Positions 17,401 through 26,627 of a DNA stretch of 64,000 bases are shown piece by piece. Position 1 is the stretch's first letter. Every line of letters starts with the position of its first letter. Where the stretch lies: contig JBILGT010000002.1 of NCBI GenBank assembly GCA_044350895.1, positions 36,554 to 100,553 on the forward strand. Direction: 5' to 3'. The notes under the pieces were generated by a model that did no database searches, was not told the origin of the DNA, and saw only the letters and a program-made list of their open reading frames with translations. The position numbers and the translations under genes were made by a program. This stretch comes from Limisphaerales bacterium (GTDB taxonomy: Bacteria; Patescibacteriota; Microgenomatia; UBA1400; PJMF01).

Positions 17401-18686
17401 TTGAGAATTGTACTAGTACTGAAGATTTCTTGCTAGATCAATGCGGAGGCTCTTCAAGTAGCCAAGTAGGTAGTGATGAAGACAAAGATGATGACTTTGA
17501 TAAGCTCCAGCCATTCCCAATCACCTACTGGAATGGCAGCGAAGTCACATTCAGACCACCAAATCGAGAAATGTGGGATGCAATTATCAGTGCTTCAAGT
17601 CAGCATGGTTGCGATCCGTGGCTCGTACTCGCCACTGCTCATGCTGAAAGTGCCAACTTTGTAAATGAATCTTCACCAGGTAGTAATGGCGAGCAAGGAC
17701 TCTTTGGGTTTACCCCTGCTGAATGGGAGAAATGGAAAACTGAGAACAATTCACCTGCCAATGCAGATCACCACATGTCTCGTTGTGACTACTGGCAGCC
17801 TACATCCTTTTCTGCCCGCACACTTGATTTCAGCTCCCCCACCAACATCCGCTCTGCTGTAGATTCTGCGTGTCGCAGAATCCTTTGGACTGGGGCGCAA
17901 AGGCAAAGCAGCACGCAACAAAAGTTTTTGTACGATTTCAGTAGCTCAAACAAAGCTTACAAGAGTAACCCTTGGAATGGAGTAACTCCTGATGCTGAGA
18001 TCTGGACTAACAGTACTAATCAAGCAGACTATGTCTTCCGTTTATGGCAAGAGCTTTTGACAAAAACCGGCAATACTCCAAAATCACAACCTACTGGATA
18101 TCCATATGCTACTTGTATGGGAGAAGCACCAAAACCGACTGTCATAGACACCAACGCAGACGCAGCCGACTACAAAGGTCGCACTACTCTTCCAGCCACC
18201 GGACAAGCAACATACTATAGTGCTGGGGTGATGAACCAAGTGCTCAACTATCGTGAAGGTGGAGAGATTAATCCAAATCTCGTGGATACTTGTGAAATTG
18301 CATCCACCGGGGCACTCAAAGCACAGTTTGATCAAATGCAGGCTGAAGCAGATCGCAATGGCACTGGTAAATTTGTGGGTTGTGCAGCAATGCTGCGTTT
18401 GGGTGATGTACGATTCAGAGATAATAAGGATAAGAATGACGTTCGGGTCGTATGGATTCAGCGGCCACCAGGAGCTCCTTCAGATATTCCAGAAGTGATT
18501 GGGCCAATTGCAATTATTGACGTGGCGGCATCTCAGGACTATGCACGGTTGCGCGCAAAGGGTTGGATTATTGACTTAGACTTCCACACCTTCCGCAGAT
18601 TATTTGAGTGGCAAGGCAGTTGGAGACGTCCACAAGAAGGCATTAGAGTGTGTGACACAAGAGATCAGTGTTTACTTGGAAGTTAA
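14460..18686 (+). CDS. giant secreted multidomain hydrolase: clan GH-A glycosidase-like domain + lytic transglycosylase (SLT, VirB1-like) + C-terminal 3D/DPBB-like domain
   Basis: Signal peptide (MIKLTGMRLFFLCVSFVVGLISSATLVYAQ). 'AIAGPNEPD' (GH-A acid/base NEP) and 'VYITETGPH' (nucleophile TExG) in the N-terminal third. SLT catalytic region 'LVLATAHAESANF...GEQGLFGFTPAEW'. 'GQATYYSAGVMNQV...GEINP' near the C-terminus resembles 3D/RlpA-like DPBB. Confidence 0.65.
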   Translation: MIKLTGMRLFFLCVSFVVGLISSATLVYAQSSNFASFKEDLDFVRSQSAAVLLFTPLGSNPDPNFKKHALSMQQVQTLCGQTGDCGNLGINFATMFKKGQYDKLKQLNMHWALEIAEKGREANAASAINENPDARIIVRIGVAGNSGGFADYNGNAADYIEFLKNLSGQVGGKEFYAIAGPNEPDIEKWIDPNCGSAPGVESADSQKFFDCVGPKLTQYMNAVCAANLPSNIKLLTPAFNMTSYSFPGIVAAMEKSGANWKCFADRQTGFAGNLYPAGKAMKAYWNDDYTGKTIQFLQSKGLKVYITETGPHTAISAQDVNATAHDFSEFYIHPIKGITGGDKNIIRDDLVRQGYEARCAAPGFNIELGQDGIEWMEKYLKCRDDGKCNDGDVGDGASFGGETIQQFTATMNEHTSIGQRVLSILSIDYRDSLIPVFRDVDQVPQLKRSLEDYFGYREPANDQYNLAELRSSAINSLLTTNQRCTQSAISLLQRDEMCKKLQDPTKCALYESKVPETQLTVKQLLDAYNAYAGISTDHDATCSKITGGADTELRRGMLNLPLQIDNAYRLAFLVTTIRTRVPLAGDMMNLFQHPHRGELNEAPDPAHVVIVTAFKIPDITTNKGTIDTQGEPKSGHTDFNDPAMLTRDVLIPSTIKQELDRRGDLERKRLLNMGQVIADQDQDDKTMEIACRIKGVGGQQCLDPLTSALVDIINAQSLIETENEQLIEKAVGTDVYTAVEKEQMFKLNCDDAPTEEPTYIFDPGELQPLNNAGRVFKTDFGVAILENLFTDESHMRPGTFEYDPTYADTESNKKSAPGGFHWGLKSVFHVTSDNTFGPTDTSRSVKHFIVYPEGYDLKTVEAVMSGTFFTTQQIVALRDKALDYQRFMIKDDKILFDGGEISHSFTDYTVEYDEGYCDTTYYNSAGELKRTPPCPTGSFGFRLFASKDPTSAGILGGRLGFWMHTIQLTLQRAEALTHKYLENCTSTEDFLLDQCGGSSSSQVGSDEDKDDDFDKLQPFPITYWNGSEVTFRPPNREMWDAIISASSQHGCDPWLVLATAHAESANFVNESSPGSNGEQGLFGFTPAEWEKWKTENNSPANADHHMSRCDYWQPTSFSARTLDFSSPTNIRSAVDSACRRILWTGAQRQSSTQQKFLYDFSSSNKAYKSNPWNGVTPDAEIWTNSTNQADYVFRLWQELLTKTGNTPKSQPTGYPYATCMGEAPKPTVIDTNADAADYKGRTTLPATGQATYYSAGVMNQVLNYREGGEINPNLVDTCEIASTGALKAQFDQMQAEADRNGTGKFVGCAAMLRLGDVRFRDNKDKNDVRVVWIQRPPGAPSDIPEVIGPIAIIDVAASQDYARLRAKGWIIDLDFHTFRRLFEWQGSWRRPQEGIRVCDTRDQCLLGS

Positions 18687-18702
18687 TTAAAATTTCAATT
18701 AA

Positions 18703-19614
18703 TTAGATTCGCTTACTTGGTGAGAACTCTGGTGGTGGTGAAATACTATTCTTTTTGTTAGCTGGCTTCACAATTTTTGACTTATTGTTTTTTTCAGGTT
18801 CACGAAGCCCCCCTTCAACGGTGAAACCAATATCTGTTTCCACTGGAGTCGCCTTTTCCTGACTGTTTTTCTTAAAGTTTCGACGCGCACCAAATCGTAT
18901 AAGTTGCGCCACTACTTCAAAAGTTTCAGCAGAAGTTGTTACTGAACTTAAGTTCTGAGTACTGTTTTCAATCCCAGCTAATAAATTTGTAGCCACTTCA
19001 CTTTCAATGGATATTCCCAAATTCTGCAGTAGTTGGGCAATTACTTCACTACTGGAACTCACTGAGCCTGAATCGATTTTCACTGTCCCAAACGATGTCG
19101 TAAAGTTGTTAATAGAAACAAGTGAAGCAGTTTTGAATAAGTCCTCATATCCAAAGTAGAGTTGTTCCAAACTTTCGAGATCAGTTACACCCACTAAAAA
19201 AACTGCATCTGCGACTGCGCCAGTATATGTGAATTCAACTTGTGATGCATCAAGCGGTGGGAACCCTGCTTTTGGCTTGATGGTCAAATAAAATTTGCCC
19301 GTATCCTCACCAATGTGATAACTCACCTTATCCACTTGTTCTGGAGAATATGCAAAACTTATTCCCAGATTTTGATTTCCCATATCGATTTGCGTTTGCT
19401 CAATACCAATCAATGAGGCATCTGTTCTCTCCTCTATTTGCGGCGAAACGAGCCGCACCGACTTTTGTGCAGCAGAAAATGCTAAATACAAACTAGCCGC
19501 AACTGCACGATGATCAAATGATGTTTGTGAAGGGTGAATAACCAGAATTGTACTGGCAGAATCAAGTATGTTTTTAAGTTGTGACAACTGTGTTTCATCG
19601 AGCATAGAATTCAA
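18703..19614 (-). CDS. DHH-family phosphoesterase-like protein (degenerate motifs)
   Basis: 'ILVIHPSQTSFDHRA' where NrnA-type proteins have 'IxxHxxPDGDA'. 'TVEGG' near the C-terminus resembles the DHHA1 GGH region. Weak. Confidence 0.3.
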   Translation of the reverse strand: MNSMLDETQLSQLKNILDSASTILVIHPSQTSFDHRAVAASLYLAFSAAQKSVRLVSPQIEERTDASLIGIEQTQIDMGNQNLGISFAYSPEQVDKVSYHIGEDTGKFYLTIKPKAGFPPLDASQVEFTYTGAVADAVFLVGVTDLESLEQLYFGYEDLFKTASLVSINNFTTSFGTVKIDSGSVSSSSEVIAQLLQNLGISIESEVATNLLAGIENSTQNLSSVTTSAETFEVVAQLIRFGARRNFKKNSQEKATPVETDIGFTVEGGLREPEKNNKSKIVKPANKKNSISPPPEFSPSKRI

Positions 19615-19728
19615 TCCCTATAACTATGTATATTTGTTATCACACTATACCAATCGTTGTCTACATACAAAAAAAATTCCCAAGTTACTTTACCCTTTGC
19701 ATCATACTTTTGGTATACTACACACATC

Positions 19729-21426
19729 ATGTTGAAACGGATACTTCTGACCGTGTTTTCTTTGTTTGTGCTCAACACAAGTATTGTGAGTGCTCAAGGT
19801 ACAGCACCTACCCCAACTCCTGGTGCTGATGCAGACAACAATGGGTACGTTGATAACCCATACAGTTATAATATAACCACCGATGAGTATGCCTCATATA
19901 AAAAAGCCACTCAAAATTGTGAGACCCCTTCCCTAGAATGTTTGGTCAAGTACACTACTCGCTTTGCAGCTATGGAGTGGGCACTCGATATCGCCTATGG
20001 TCAAAAAATTGCTGACAACGGGCGCAGTGGCGGCGTCTTTGCAGGAGTAATGGGACTTGTAAATGAGATGTACAAGAATCCTGCGGCACACACAGCTACC
20101 TATGTGGCTGACGTGATGCACACAGCTGGTTTTGCTCCAAAAGCATATGCGCAAGGTCTGGGTTTTGCGTCCCTTGATCCAATTTTGAACTTATGGAAAG
20201 TGTTCAGAAATGTAGCGTACTTCTTCTTCATTATCATTTTCATTTTCTTAGGCTTTATGATTATGCTGCGCAAAAAGATCAGTGGACAGGCAGCAGTCAC
20301 TGCTCAGCAAGCAATTCCATCAGTCATTATTAGTTTGATTCTCGTCACTTTTTCCTATGCCATTGCTGGTTTCATGATTGATTTAATGTATGTACTGATG
20401 TTCCTTATTGTGGGCGTATTTGAAGGAATAACATCGAGTATCGAAGTGGCTGGACAACAAATGACTGGCGCGACCCTAGTTAACCTCAACTTTATTGGAT
20501 TGTTCGCATTTCTTTTTAAAGCAAATACTGATGCCCAGGCAATTGGAACTAACATAAACATTTCATCAAGTATTATTGAAGCAGCGGCAGATAGCTCTAA
20601 TGTGGCAACATACTTAGGTGGTGTTATCGGTGGATTGACACTCACCTTGATCATCACGGTTGCTGTTTTAATTGGTTCTGTCAGATTATTCTTTGAATTA
20701 CTCAAATCATATGCATCCATTATTATGTATGTTGTCACTAGTCCATTAGTATTAATGTTTGGAGCACTTCCTGGTAACGATGTATTTGGGAAATGGATCA
20801 AAGGAATTATTGGAAACCTTCTTGCCTTCCCCACAGTTTTATTAGTGTTGATAATTTTCATTGAATTTACCCATCAAGGTGGTAGCGCTGGCGGCGCAAC
20901 TGCAGGATTCATGCCACCATTTTTAATTGGAAATGGCAGTGCTGCAAACATGATTGGGCCACTACTGGGTCTTGCTATTATCTTAGGACTTCCAGACATT
21001 GTGAAAGAAGTTAAAAAAGCGGCAGGTGCTGGAGAAGGTGGAATTGGCAGCATGCTTGCTGGCTTTGCTACAAGTAATTTGAAGTCAGGAATTAGATACT
21101 CGCCGATTACAGGGCGCGCGGCTGGATATATTGGCGGTGCTGGAGAAGGAATAGCTAGAGCGGCGTATAACGGTGACTTCTTGACTAGACCAGGTGTTGC
21201 TTGGGACAAAATCAAAGGTTATGCTGGAGTACGAGGTGGGCAAGGTGCTGACTTCGGAAAGAGATTCGCGTCTGGTGCAGAACAGGTTTTTGAAAACAAA
21301 TGGATGGATCCTAATGCCTGGGAAAATGTCATTTTGTCTCAAGGTAGAGAGAAAAAAGCTGCAGAAATCAAGGCGCGTCTTGAAAAACTTGACAAACTCG
21401 GTCGTACCCCAGGCAGAAGATCTTAA
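19729..21426 (+). CDS. VirB6/TrbL-like polytopic membrane protein with Gly-rich C-terminal tail
   Basis: Probable start 19729 (MLKRILLTVFSLFVLNTSIVSAQ). About 130 aa extracellular, then about 8 TM helices and a G/A-rich cytoplasmic tail. The topology matches VirB6; there is no sequence-specific motif. Confidence 0.45.
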   Translation: MLKRILLTVFSLFVLNTSIVSAQGTAPTPTPGADADNNGYVDNPYSYNITTDEYASYKKATQNCETPSLECLVKYTTRFAAMEWALDIAYGQKIADNGRSGGVFAGVMGLVNEMYKNPAAHTATYVADVMHTAGFAPKAYAQGLGFASLDPILNLWKVFRNVAYFFFIIIFIFLGFMIMLRKKISGQAAVTAQQAIPSVIISLILVTFSYAIAGFMIDLMYVLMFLIVGVFEGITSSIEVAGQQMTGATLVNLNFIGLFAFLFKANTDAQAIGTNINISSSIIEAAADSSNVATYLGGVIGGLTLTLIITVAVLIGSVRLFFELLKSYASIIMYVVTSPLVLMFGALPGNDVFGKWIKGIIGNLLAFPTVLLVLIIFIEFTHQGGSAGGATAGFMPPFLIGNGSAANMIGPLLGLAIILGLPDIVKEVKKAAGAGEGGIGSMLAGFATSNLKSGIRYSPITGRAAGYIGGAGEGIARAAYNGDFLTRPGVAWDKIKGYAGVRGGQGADFGKRFASGAEQVFENKWMDPNAWENVILSQGREKKAAEIKARLEKLDKLGRTPGRRS

Positions 21427-21514
21427 TCTAGTTCTCAATTAAAAAAATTCACGAATATTATTAAGAAGCTGACATTTTCATCTTTTACTCTAGTACTTAG
21501 AGGGTCAAATAGGT

Positions 21515-24500
21515 CTAGTGTTTAACCTCAGCCTTACCAGAAGCATCTTTCTCTACTGCATGCTCGTGTTCGTATGGTGGTTTAAATTCCCCTTCAGAAT
21601 ATAGAGGGATAGCTCGTTTAATGCTGTGAGAAAGATCATCATCTTCTTCTGTTTCAATTTCCCATAACTTACGCATATAGAACATCTTATATCTATCACG
21701 AGGTCCTGCGATACAATAAGGTGGTGCGTTTCGCAAATCACCACCCATCAATCTTACAATTTCCTCGACTACATATCCAGGCAAACCACCAACTAGAACA
21801 TATTTGCTCATAAGTTCTCTATATAATGAATTTACTTTATGCCGTAAATGCCCGGATTCATAATTATGCAAAAGATCTGTAATATACGCACAAGTCAGTG
21901 GCGCAAATAACAATTGATGCTTTCCAGGAACCAATTTTGCCTTGCCCATATAATCCTTAATCCAAACTCTTAATAGTCCTTCAACTGCACCCTTATCCAT
22001 ATCAGGATCCATTGGTTTTTCAAATGCATCAAACAGTCCTTCTAGTTGGGTGCTGGCAATTTCGAATTGAACGGCAGAGAAATTGGGTGATTCATGTCCA
22101 CCAAAAAGAATATTTTGACCAAACATTGCATCCAACTGGGCAAGTCTATACTCTTTTTCATCCTTAAATTTTTTGTCCTTATACTTTTTATTAGCTTCCT
22201 TTAATTTTCTGTAATTAAAGTAGCCTTGGTGCTTAAATTCCTCTACGAAATCATTGACAGCTGTATTAAAGGCTGACTCTGTTATTCTTCCAGAAGTTAT
22301 ATCAGCAATTAACTGCCGTTTGCGCGCTTCTAGTTCCATTACTTGAGACGTCATTTCAGGCAATAATGGGAAGATTGGTTGATCAAGGTCAATGATAGCT
22401 CCTTCAAACAAACGTTTTTCTCTAGCTGGTGTCAAAGCATGAAGTGCCTCAGCATCATCTTTACCATGAAGATGCAGGTGCAGATCCAAATGATGTCTCG
22501 GCATAAATAACTTGCGAGCTTCGGTTATCCAAAGTGGTAATTTATCGTGCTTCATAAGTTCCTGCGCTGAGAACCTGGGGGCTGGTGGCAAATTACTAAA
22601 CCGTGTAAATAAATACAATTCAAAAAGGTCATGTACTTCTTCAGCACTACGAGCTTTATTAAGCCAGTTGTCATCAAAACTTTGAGCCACAAGTGCAATA
22701 AACTGATCTCGATCCACGAATTGGAAAATTCTCATGAACCTGGCTCTTGAGAGCCGATCATATCTAGTTGCATTGTATAAGTCCAAGGAGAATCTATTGG
22801 AGTAAGCGGATTCATCTTTACGAAGTGTTTCACCTGGAGAGAATCCATGACCACGAGTAGTACCACGACCTAAATATGGTTGATATCCAACAGATTTTGC
22901 ACCAAATGCTTTATAATAATTTAGGAGTGCAAGTCTTCTAAATATTGGTATGTCAGCAAAAACAAGTTTAATAATTGATGTAAAATCATCAGCAACGTGT
23001 TCATTAAGTACTCCATATGCAAATGGTTGATCCAACTTAGCTATTTTACTCAGCCGAGTTTGGAACTCATGGTCAGGCTCCCCTTGAATTCTTACTACCT
23101 GACTTCCACCCACGACACGATATGCTTGTTCTACTGGATTTTCATCCATAATTTCATCAATGCGCGATTGATAATCTGCTGTGGTTTCACCTTGGCGTTG
23201 TGGGACTAGCTTTACGACTGCAGCTCTATCGCCAGCTTGTATTGCATCTCTCGTTTTTCTCAATCTCTCCTGATAGTCAGGGTGAGTTTCCCTTTGGATC
23301 ATCCTAATATTGCCTGAATGATCAGCTAATCTGGCTCTTGTGGCATTTGTTGGATTTCCTGCGGCATCAATTATTTGGTCATGTATAGCTTCTACTAAAT
23401 GGCCTTTACCGACACCACCGAACTTTTCATTATCCTTAATTCGTGAAGTAATAAATCGCCACATAGCAATGGCGCGGACATCAACAGCAACACCATTTTC
23501 AAAATCCTTAATACCAACTGGTCGATTTGGATCTTTAAAATATAGCATTGCAAGTGTTTGCGGAGTACCGCCATTACCAGCAAACGGTTTAATCATATGA
23601 TTTAAGTTATGTGCCCAATCTTTACTACGGGATGTTCCATCAATGGCAGCGGCAGTAGTAGCAACACCATCCTTCAAAAGACTTTGTTGGTAATAATCTT
23701 CGACTTCACCTAAGCCAGCTTCATACCGATTTTTTAGCGCTTTAAAACGATCACTATCATATATAGCTGTTTGATCCATTAGCTCACTTACGACTTCTTG
23801 AATTGACATTGTCTGAGGATCCAGAGGTGTCAAAAGTTCTCTGGTGTGTTGTTGAATTAGTTGCTGTGCTCTTCTTTCAAACGCATCAATAACTCGATCT
23901 TCTTCTCCAACACCAGTTCTATTAAGGACGCCCGCTGTTTGTAATCTGTTGTATTCGGTGATGAGATTATCTCTTAGTTGTTTAAGCTCAGGCATCGACA
24001 TGCCCTCTTTCATCATTGCTTGTCTACTTTCTGGAATCTCAGCAACTAATCCTTCCCAGACTACTAGCTCCTTAGAGAAGTCAATTTTAAATTTCTCAAC
24101 ATTTCTAGTTTGAGTAAAACGATCAACCAGAGCCTGAATTTCACCTATTCTTTCAACCAAAGCGCGTCTACGATCAGTAATGACATCTCTTTGCTGTTGA
24201 TTGTTTCTGTTATATCCAAGTGCCGTAGTAGGTAAATTTGTGACAGCTTGATCAAAATTGGTCAGAACCGTAGTAGCATCTTGCAAAGCTTGCTGTGCTG
24301 CTATATCAGTTGTAATACCTGAAAGGTCTTGATTTACAACTGTTTCAGCAGCAACGGCCCATGGTTCAGTAGCAATTTGTTTCTGCCAAGTATTAAATGC
24401 GGTTTCTTGGAGGTTCTCTATTTGCTGAAGTATTCTCTGCTGTAAGGTTTCAGCTCGTCTGATGAGCCCCTGTGCGATGAGATAATCTCCCGTAGCAGGA

Positions 24501-26197
24501 TCAAATGTTCGTAAATCCATACGTTGGAGAATATTGACGTAGTATTCAAGCAGCTGTTGAACCGTATAGTTCTCTTCCTTTCCAGCAACATCAACGGGAC
24601 GAATTGTATTTCGGGGATCATATGAGGCATTAGCTAAGGCTGTTTCAACTGCGGTAATTTCTTGTTCAAAGTCAGTCACTAGCTTATTGGTTTTAGCATA
24701 ATATGCCGCTTCTGGGGATGTGGCTGGGTTCACAGTGGCTTGAGCAGGTCGTGCTTCAGGTATCAGGCGACGCATGCGATTAATTCTATTTTCAATATTC
24801 GTCATCCCTTGACTTATTATAGTTCGGTCGTCTGAAGATAATTTCAAGCCTAAAACATCCTCTGCTTCAAGCATTATATTTGATTCATACTCAGTGATAA
24901 TTGCATTGATCTCATTTATTTGATCTTGATTTATAGTAGCTGGAGTAAGTTGGGCTGCAAGGATGGCTTTAGCAGCTTGATTCAAATCTTGAAGCCTTTG
25001 TGAAACCTCTAAAAATCTTTGTCGTTCAGCTGGTTGGGTAACGTCTACAAATTGTGCGGCATTGATTTTATTTTCAAGATGAGATAAACGTTGGAGCATT
25101 GAAAGTAGATTGCGCATCACATTTATATCTTGTTCGTCACTTATTAGTCCTTCTAATCCTTGTCCCAGTACTTCAAGTACATAGAAAGCATTTCTATACT
25201 CTATCCCACCATTTACAGAACCAGCAAATATTAAGATTTCAGCATATGGGTTAAAATCAGGGCTATTTAAAGCTTGTTCTAATTCATCCATTATTAATCC
25301 ATAACGAGTCACTTCTGACGATCTACTTAGTCGACGAACTATTTCATAGATCTGATCCCGTAGATCTTCAAGCAAGTGAAGCATTTCATTAAGTTCACGT
25401 AATATATTGGGATCACTGGCTACAATGTTTAACTGGTCTTGTATCCCTTGTTCCAACTCAATAAGCACATTAAAAGTATTTTGGTACCCCATTGGACGAG
25501 TGTTGGCAGCATCTGCTGGAACCTGGATGACATCATATGGATTGTAACCTGGATTGGTTAAGGCTGTATCTAAAGCATCTATCACCAACTTGTACCGTTG
25601 CCGCTGTAAAGCTCGTTCGCGCTCTCCATCATCTCCTGGGTCACCATCGGGAGCTGCAGCTAATTCAGCAGCCCAATCAGCTGCAAAATTTTCTTCCGAT
25701 TCTCCTTCTTGCTGTTCAGTCAAGCTTGCTCTGCGAATACCAGCCAAGAGATCTCTATACCGTTTTACAAGATCAGGACGTGCTACAAAATTGGCGATAT
25801 GTAGTCGACACATGTTATTGAGGTCCTGCAAAAATACTTCTGCATTATGTGCATTAGTAATGTCACCCGCATTTAGTGCTTCTTCTCCAAGTTCTAGCGC
25901 GCGGTCGCAAATCCAAAAAATTGCATCCAAAATTTGTTTCTGTAAGTCGGCTTTAGTTTCTTCAAATACATTAAATTCGCCTAAAGTTTGCGGTTGATAC
26001 TCAGATATTTCTTGATATCTTCTCGTTAAATCAGTAACAATACCCATGGAAGCGCTAATATTTGCTACATCCATAGCTCCAACCACAGTCGAAACTCTGT
26101 TTAAATCACGATCAAGAGCTTTCTGAAGCTCTTCAAGTGACTGGCTGTATTGCTCAACCTCTTTTACCATACAGCGAATTATACTATTTTTCTTCAC
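21515..26197 (-). CDS. giant (1560 aa) cytoplasmic coiled-coil-rich protein, no recognisable catalytic motif
   Basis: Uninterrupted ORF, no signal peptide or TM, Q/E/L-rich heptad-like stretches, and a globular C-terminal ~500 aa without known motifs. Confidence 0.6.
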   Translation of the reverse strand: MKKNSIIRCMVKEVEQYSQSLEELQKALDRDLNRVSTVVGAMDVANISASMGIVTDLTRRYQEISEYQPQTLGEFNVFEETKADLQKQILDAIFWICDRALELGEEALNAGDITNAHNAEVFLQDLNNMCRLHIANFVARPDLVKRYRDLLAGIRRASLTEQQEGESEENFAADWAAELAAAPDGDPGDDGERERALQRQRYKLVIDALDTALTNPGYNPYDVIQVPADAANTRPMGYQNTFNVLIELEQGIQDQLNIVASDPNILRELNEMLHLLEDLRDQIYEIVRRLSRSSEVTRYGLIMDELEQALNSPDFNPYAEILIFAGSVNGGIEYRNAFYVLEVLGQGLEGLISDEQDINVMRNLLSMLQRLSHLENKINAAQFVDVTQPAERQRFLEVSQRLQDLNQAAKAILAAQLTPATINQDQINEINAIITEYESNIMLEAEDVLGLKLSSDDRTIISQGMTNIENRINRMRRLIPEARPAQATVNPATSPEAAYYAKTNKLVTDFEQEITAVETALANASYDPRNTIRPVDVAGKEENYTVQQLLEYYVNILQRMDLRTFDPATGDYLIAQGLIRRAETLQQRILQQIENLQETAFNTWQKQIATEPWAVAAETVVNQDLSGITTDIAAQQALQDATTVLTNFDQAVTNLPTTALGYNRNNQQQRDVITDRRRALVERIGEIQALVDRFTQTRNVEKFKIDFSKELVVWEGLVAEIPESRQAMMKEGMSMPELKQLRDNLITEYNRLQTAGVLNRTGVGEEDRVIDAFERRAQQLIQQHTRELLTPLDPQTMSIQEVVSELMDQTAIYDSDRFKALKNRYEAGLGEVEDYYQQSLLKDGVATTAAAIDGTSRSKDWAHNLNHMIKPFAGNGGTPQTLAMLYFKDPNRPVGIKDFENGVAVDVRAIAMWRFITSRIKDNEKFGGVGKGHLVEAIHDQIIDAAGNPTNATRARLADHSGNIRMIQRETHPDYQERLRKTRDAIQAGDRAAVVKLVPQRQGETTADYQSRIDEIMDENPVEQAYRVVGGSQVVRIQGEPDHEFQTRLSKIAKLDQPFAYGVLNEHVADDFTSIIKLVFADIPIFRRLALLNYYKAFGAKSVGYQPYLGRGTTRGHGFSPGETLRKDESAYSNRFSLDLYNATRYDRLSRARFMRIFQFVDRDQFIALVAQSFDDNWLNKARSAEEVHDLFELYLFTRFSNLPPAPRFSAQELMKHDKLPLWITEARKLFMPRHHLDLHLHLHGKDDAEALHALTPAREKRLFEGAIIDLDQPIFPLLPEMTSQVMELEARKRQLIADITSGRITESAFNTAVNDFVEEFKHQGYFNYRKLKEANKKYKDKKFKDEKEYRLAQLDAMFGQNILFGGHESPNFSAVQFEIASTQLEGLFDAFEKPMDPDMDKGAVEGLLRVWIKDYMGKAKLVPGKHQLLFAPLTCAYITDLLHNYESGHLRHKVNSLYRELMSKYVLVGGLPGYVVEEIVRLMGGDLRNAPPYCIAGPRDRYKMFYMRKLWEIETEEDDDLSHSIKRAIPLYSEGEFKPPYEHEHAVEKDASGKAEVKH

Positions 26198-26231
26198 ATA
26201 AAACGAGCTTGTTTAGGTACAATACCGTTCT

Positions 26232-26627
26232 ATGACTTCGCAACTCCACTCGCTATGGTTCTCAAGCACTGTTTTGCATGGTGATAAATCTGGCCGCCAG
26301 ATAGGTTTTCCCACAATAAACCTTGATCCCAAGGCTATGCCGCTAGGTTCTGAAGAAGGTGTGTATGCATCTGAAGTCAGAGTAGCTGACAAAATATATG
26401 TTGGAGCACTTTATTTTGGTCCTCGCAGCGTCAAAAATGAGGTTTTTAATGTGCTTGAAATCCACATCCTCAATTTTTCACAAGAAATTTACGGACAGAC
26501 AGTTTCATTTAAGGTTGGTACATTTATTCGTCCAGTGATACACTTCACAAAACTTTCAGAACTTAAAACACAACTTGCTGAAGATATTGCAGCAATACAA
26601 AAGGATGAAACGCTACATGCAAAATAA
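26232..26627 (+). CDS. riboflavin kinase (monofunctional flavokinase domain)
   Basis: 'LHGDKSGRQIGFPTINL...EGVYASEVRV...GALYFGPRSV...LEIHILNFSQEIYGQTVSFK...IRPV.HFTKLSELKTQLAEDI' matches the bacterial/eukaryotic flavokinase pattern (GRxLGFPTAN...GVY...). Confidence 0.7.
   Translation: MTSQLHSLWFSSTVLHGDKSGRQIGFPTINLDPKAMPLGSEEGVYASEVRVADKIYVGALYFGPRSVKNEVFNVLEIHILNFSQEIYGQTVSFKVGTFIRPVIHFTKLSELKTQLAEDIAAIQKDETLHAK

Noticed and set aside
18684-18703. AT palindrome 'aattaaaatttcaattaatt' between convergent genes, considered as a terminator
   Set aside because: The stem would be all A/T with no following T-tract on either side, giving weak thermodynamic support.
20355-21215. Two minus-strand ORFs (168 aa and 113 aa) inside the VirB6-like gene
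   Set aside because: They are antisense shadow ORFs within a well-supported + strand gene. Their translations are low-complexity, Pro/Ala-rich reflections of the Gly-rich sense strand.
25554-25997. 147-aa + strand ORF rich in Ser/Ala/Arg inside the giant minus-strand gene
   Set aside because: It is fully contained in the 1560-aa ORF on the opposite strand. Its composition is typical of an antisense frame of a GC-richer coiled-coil region.
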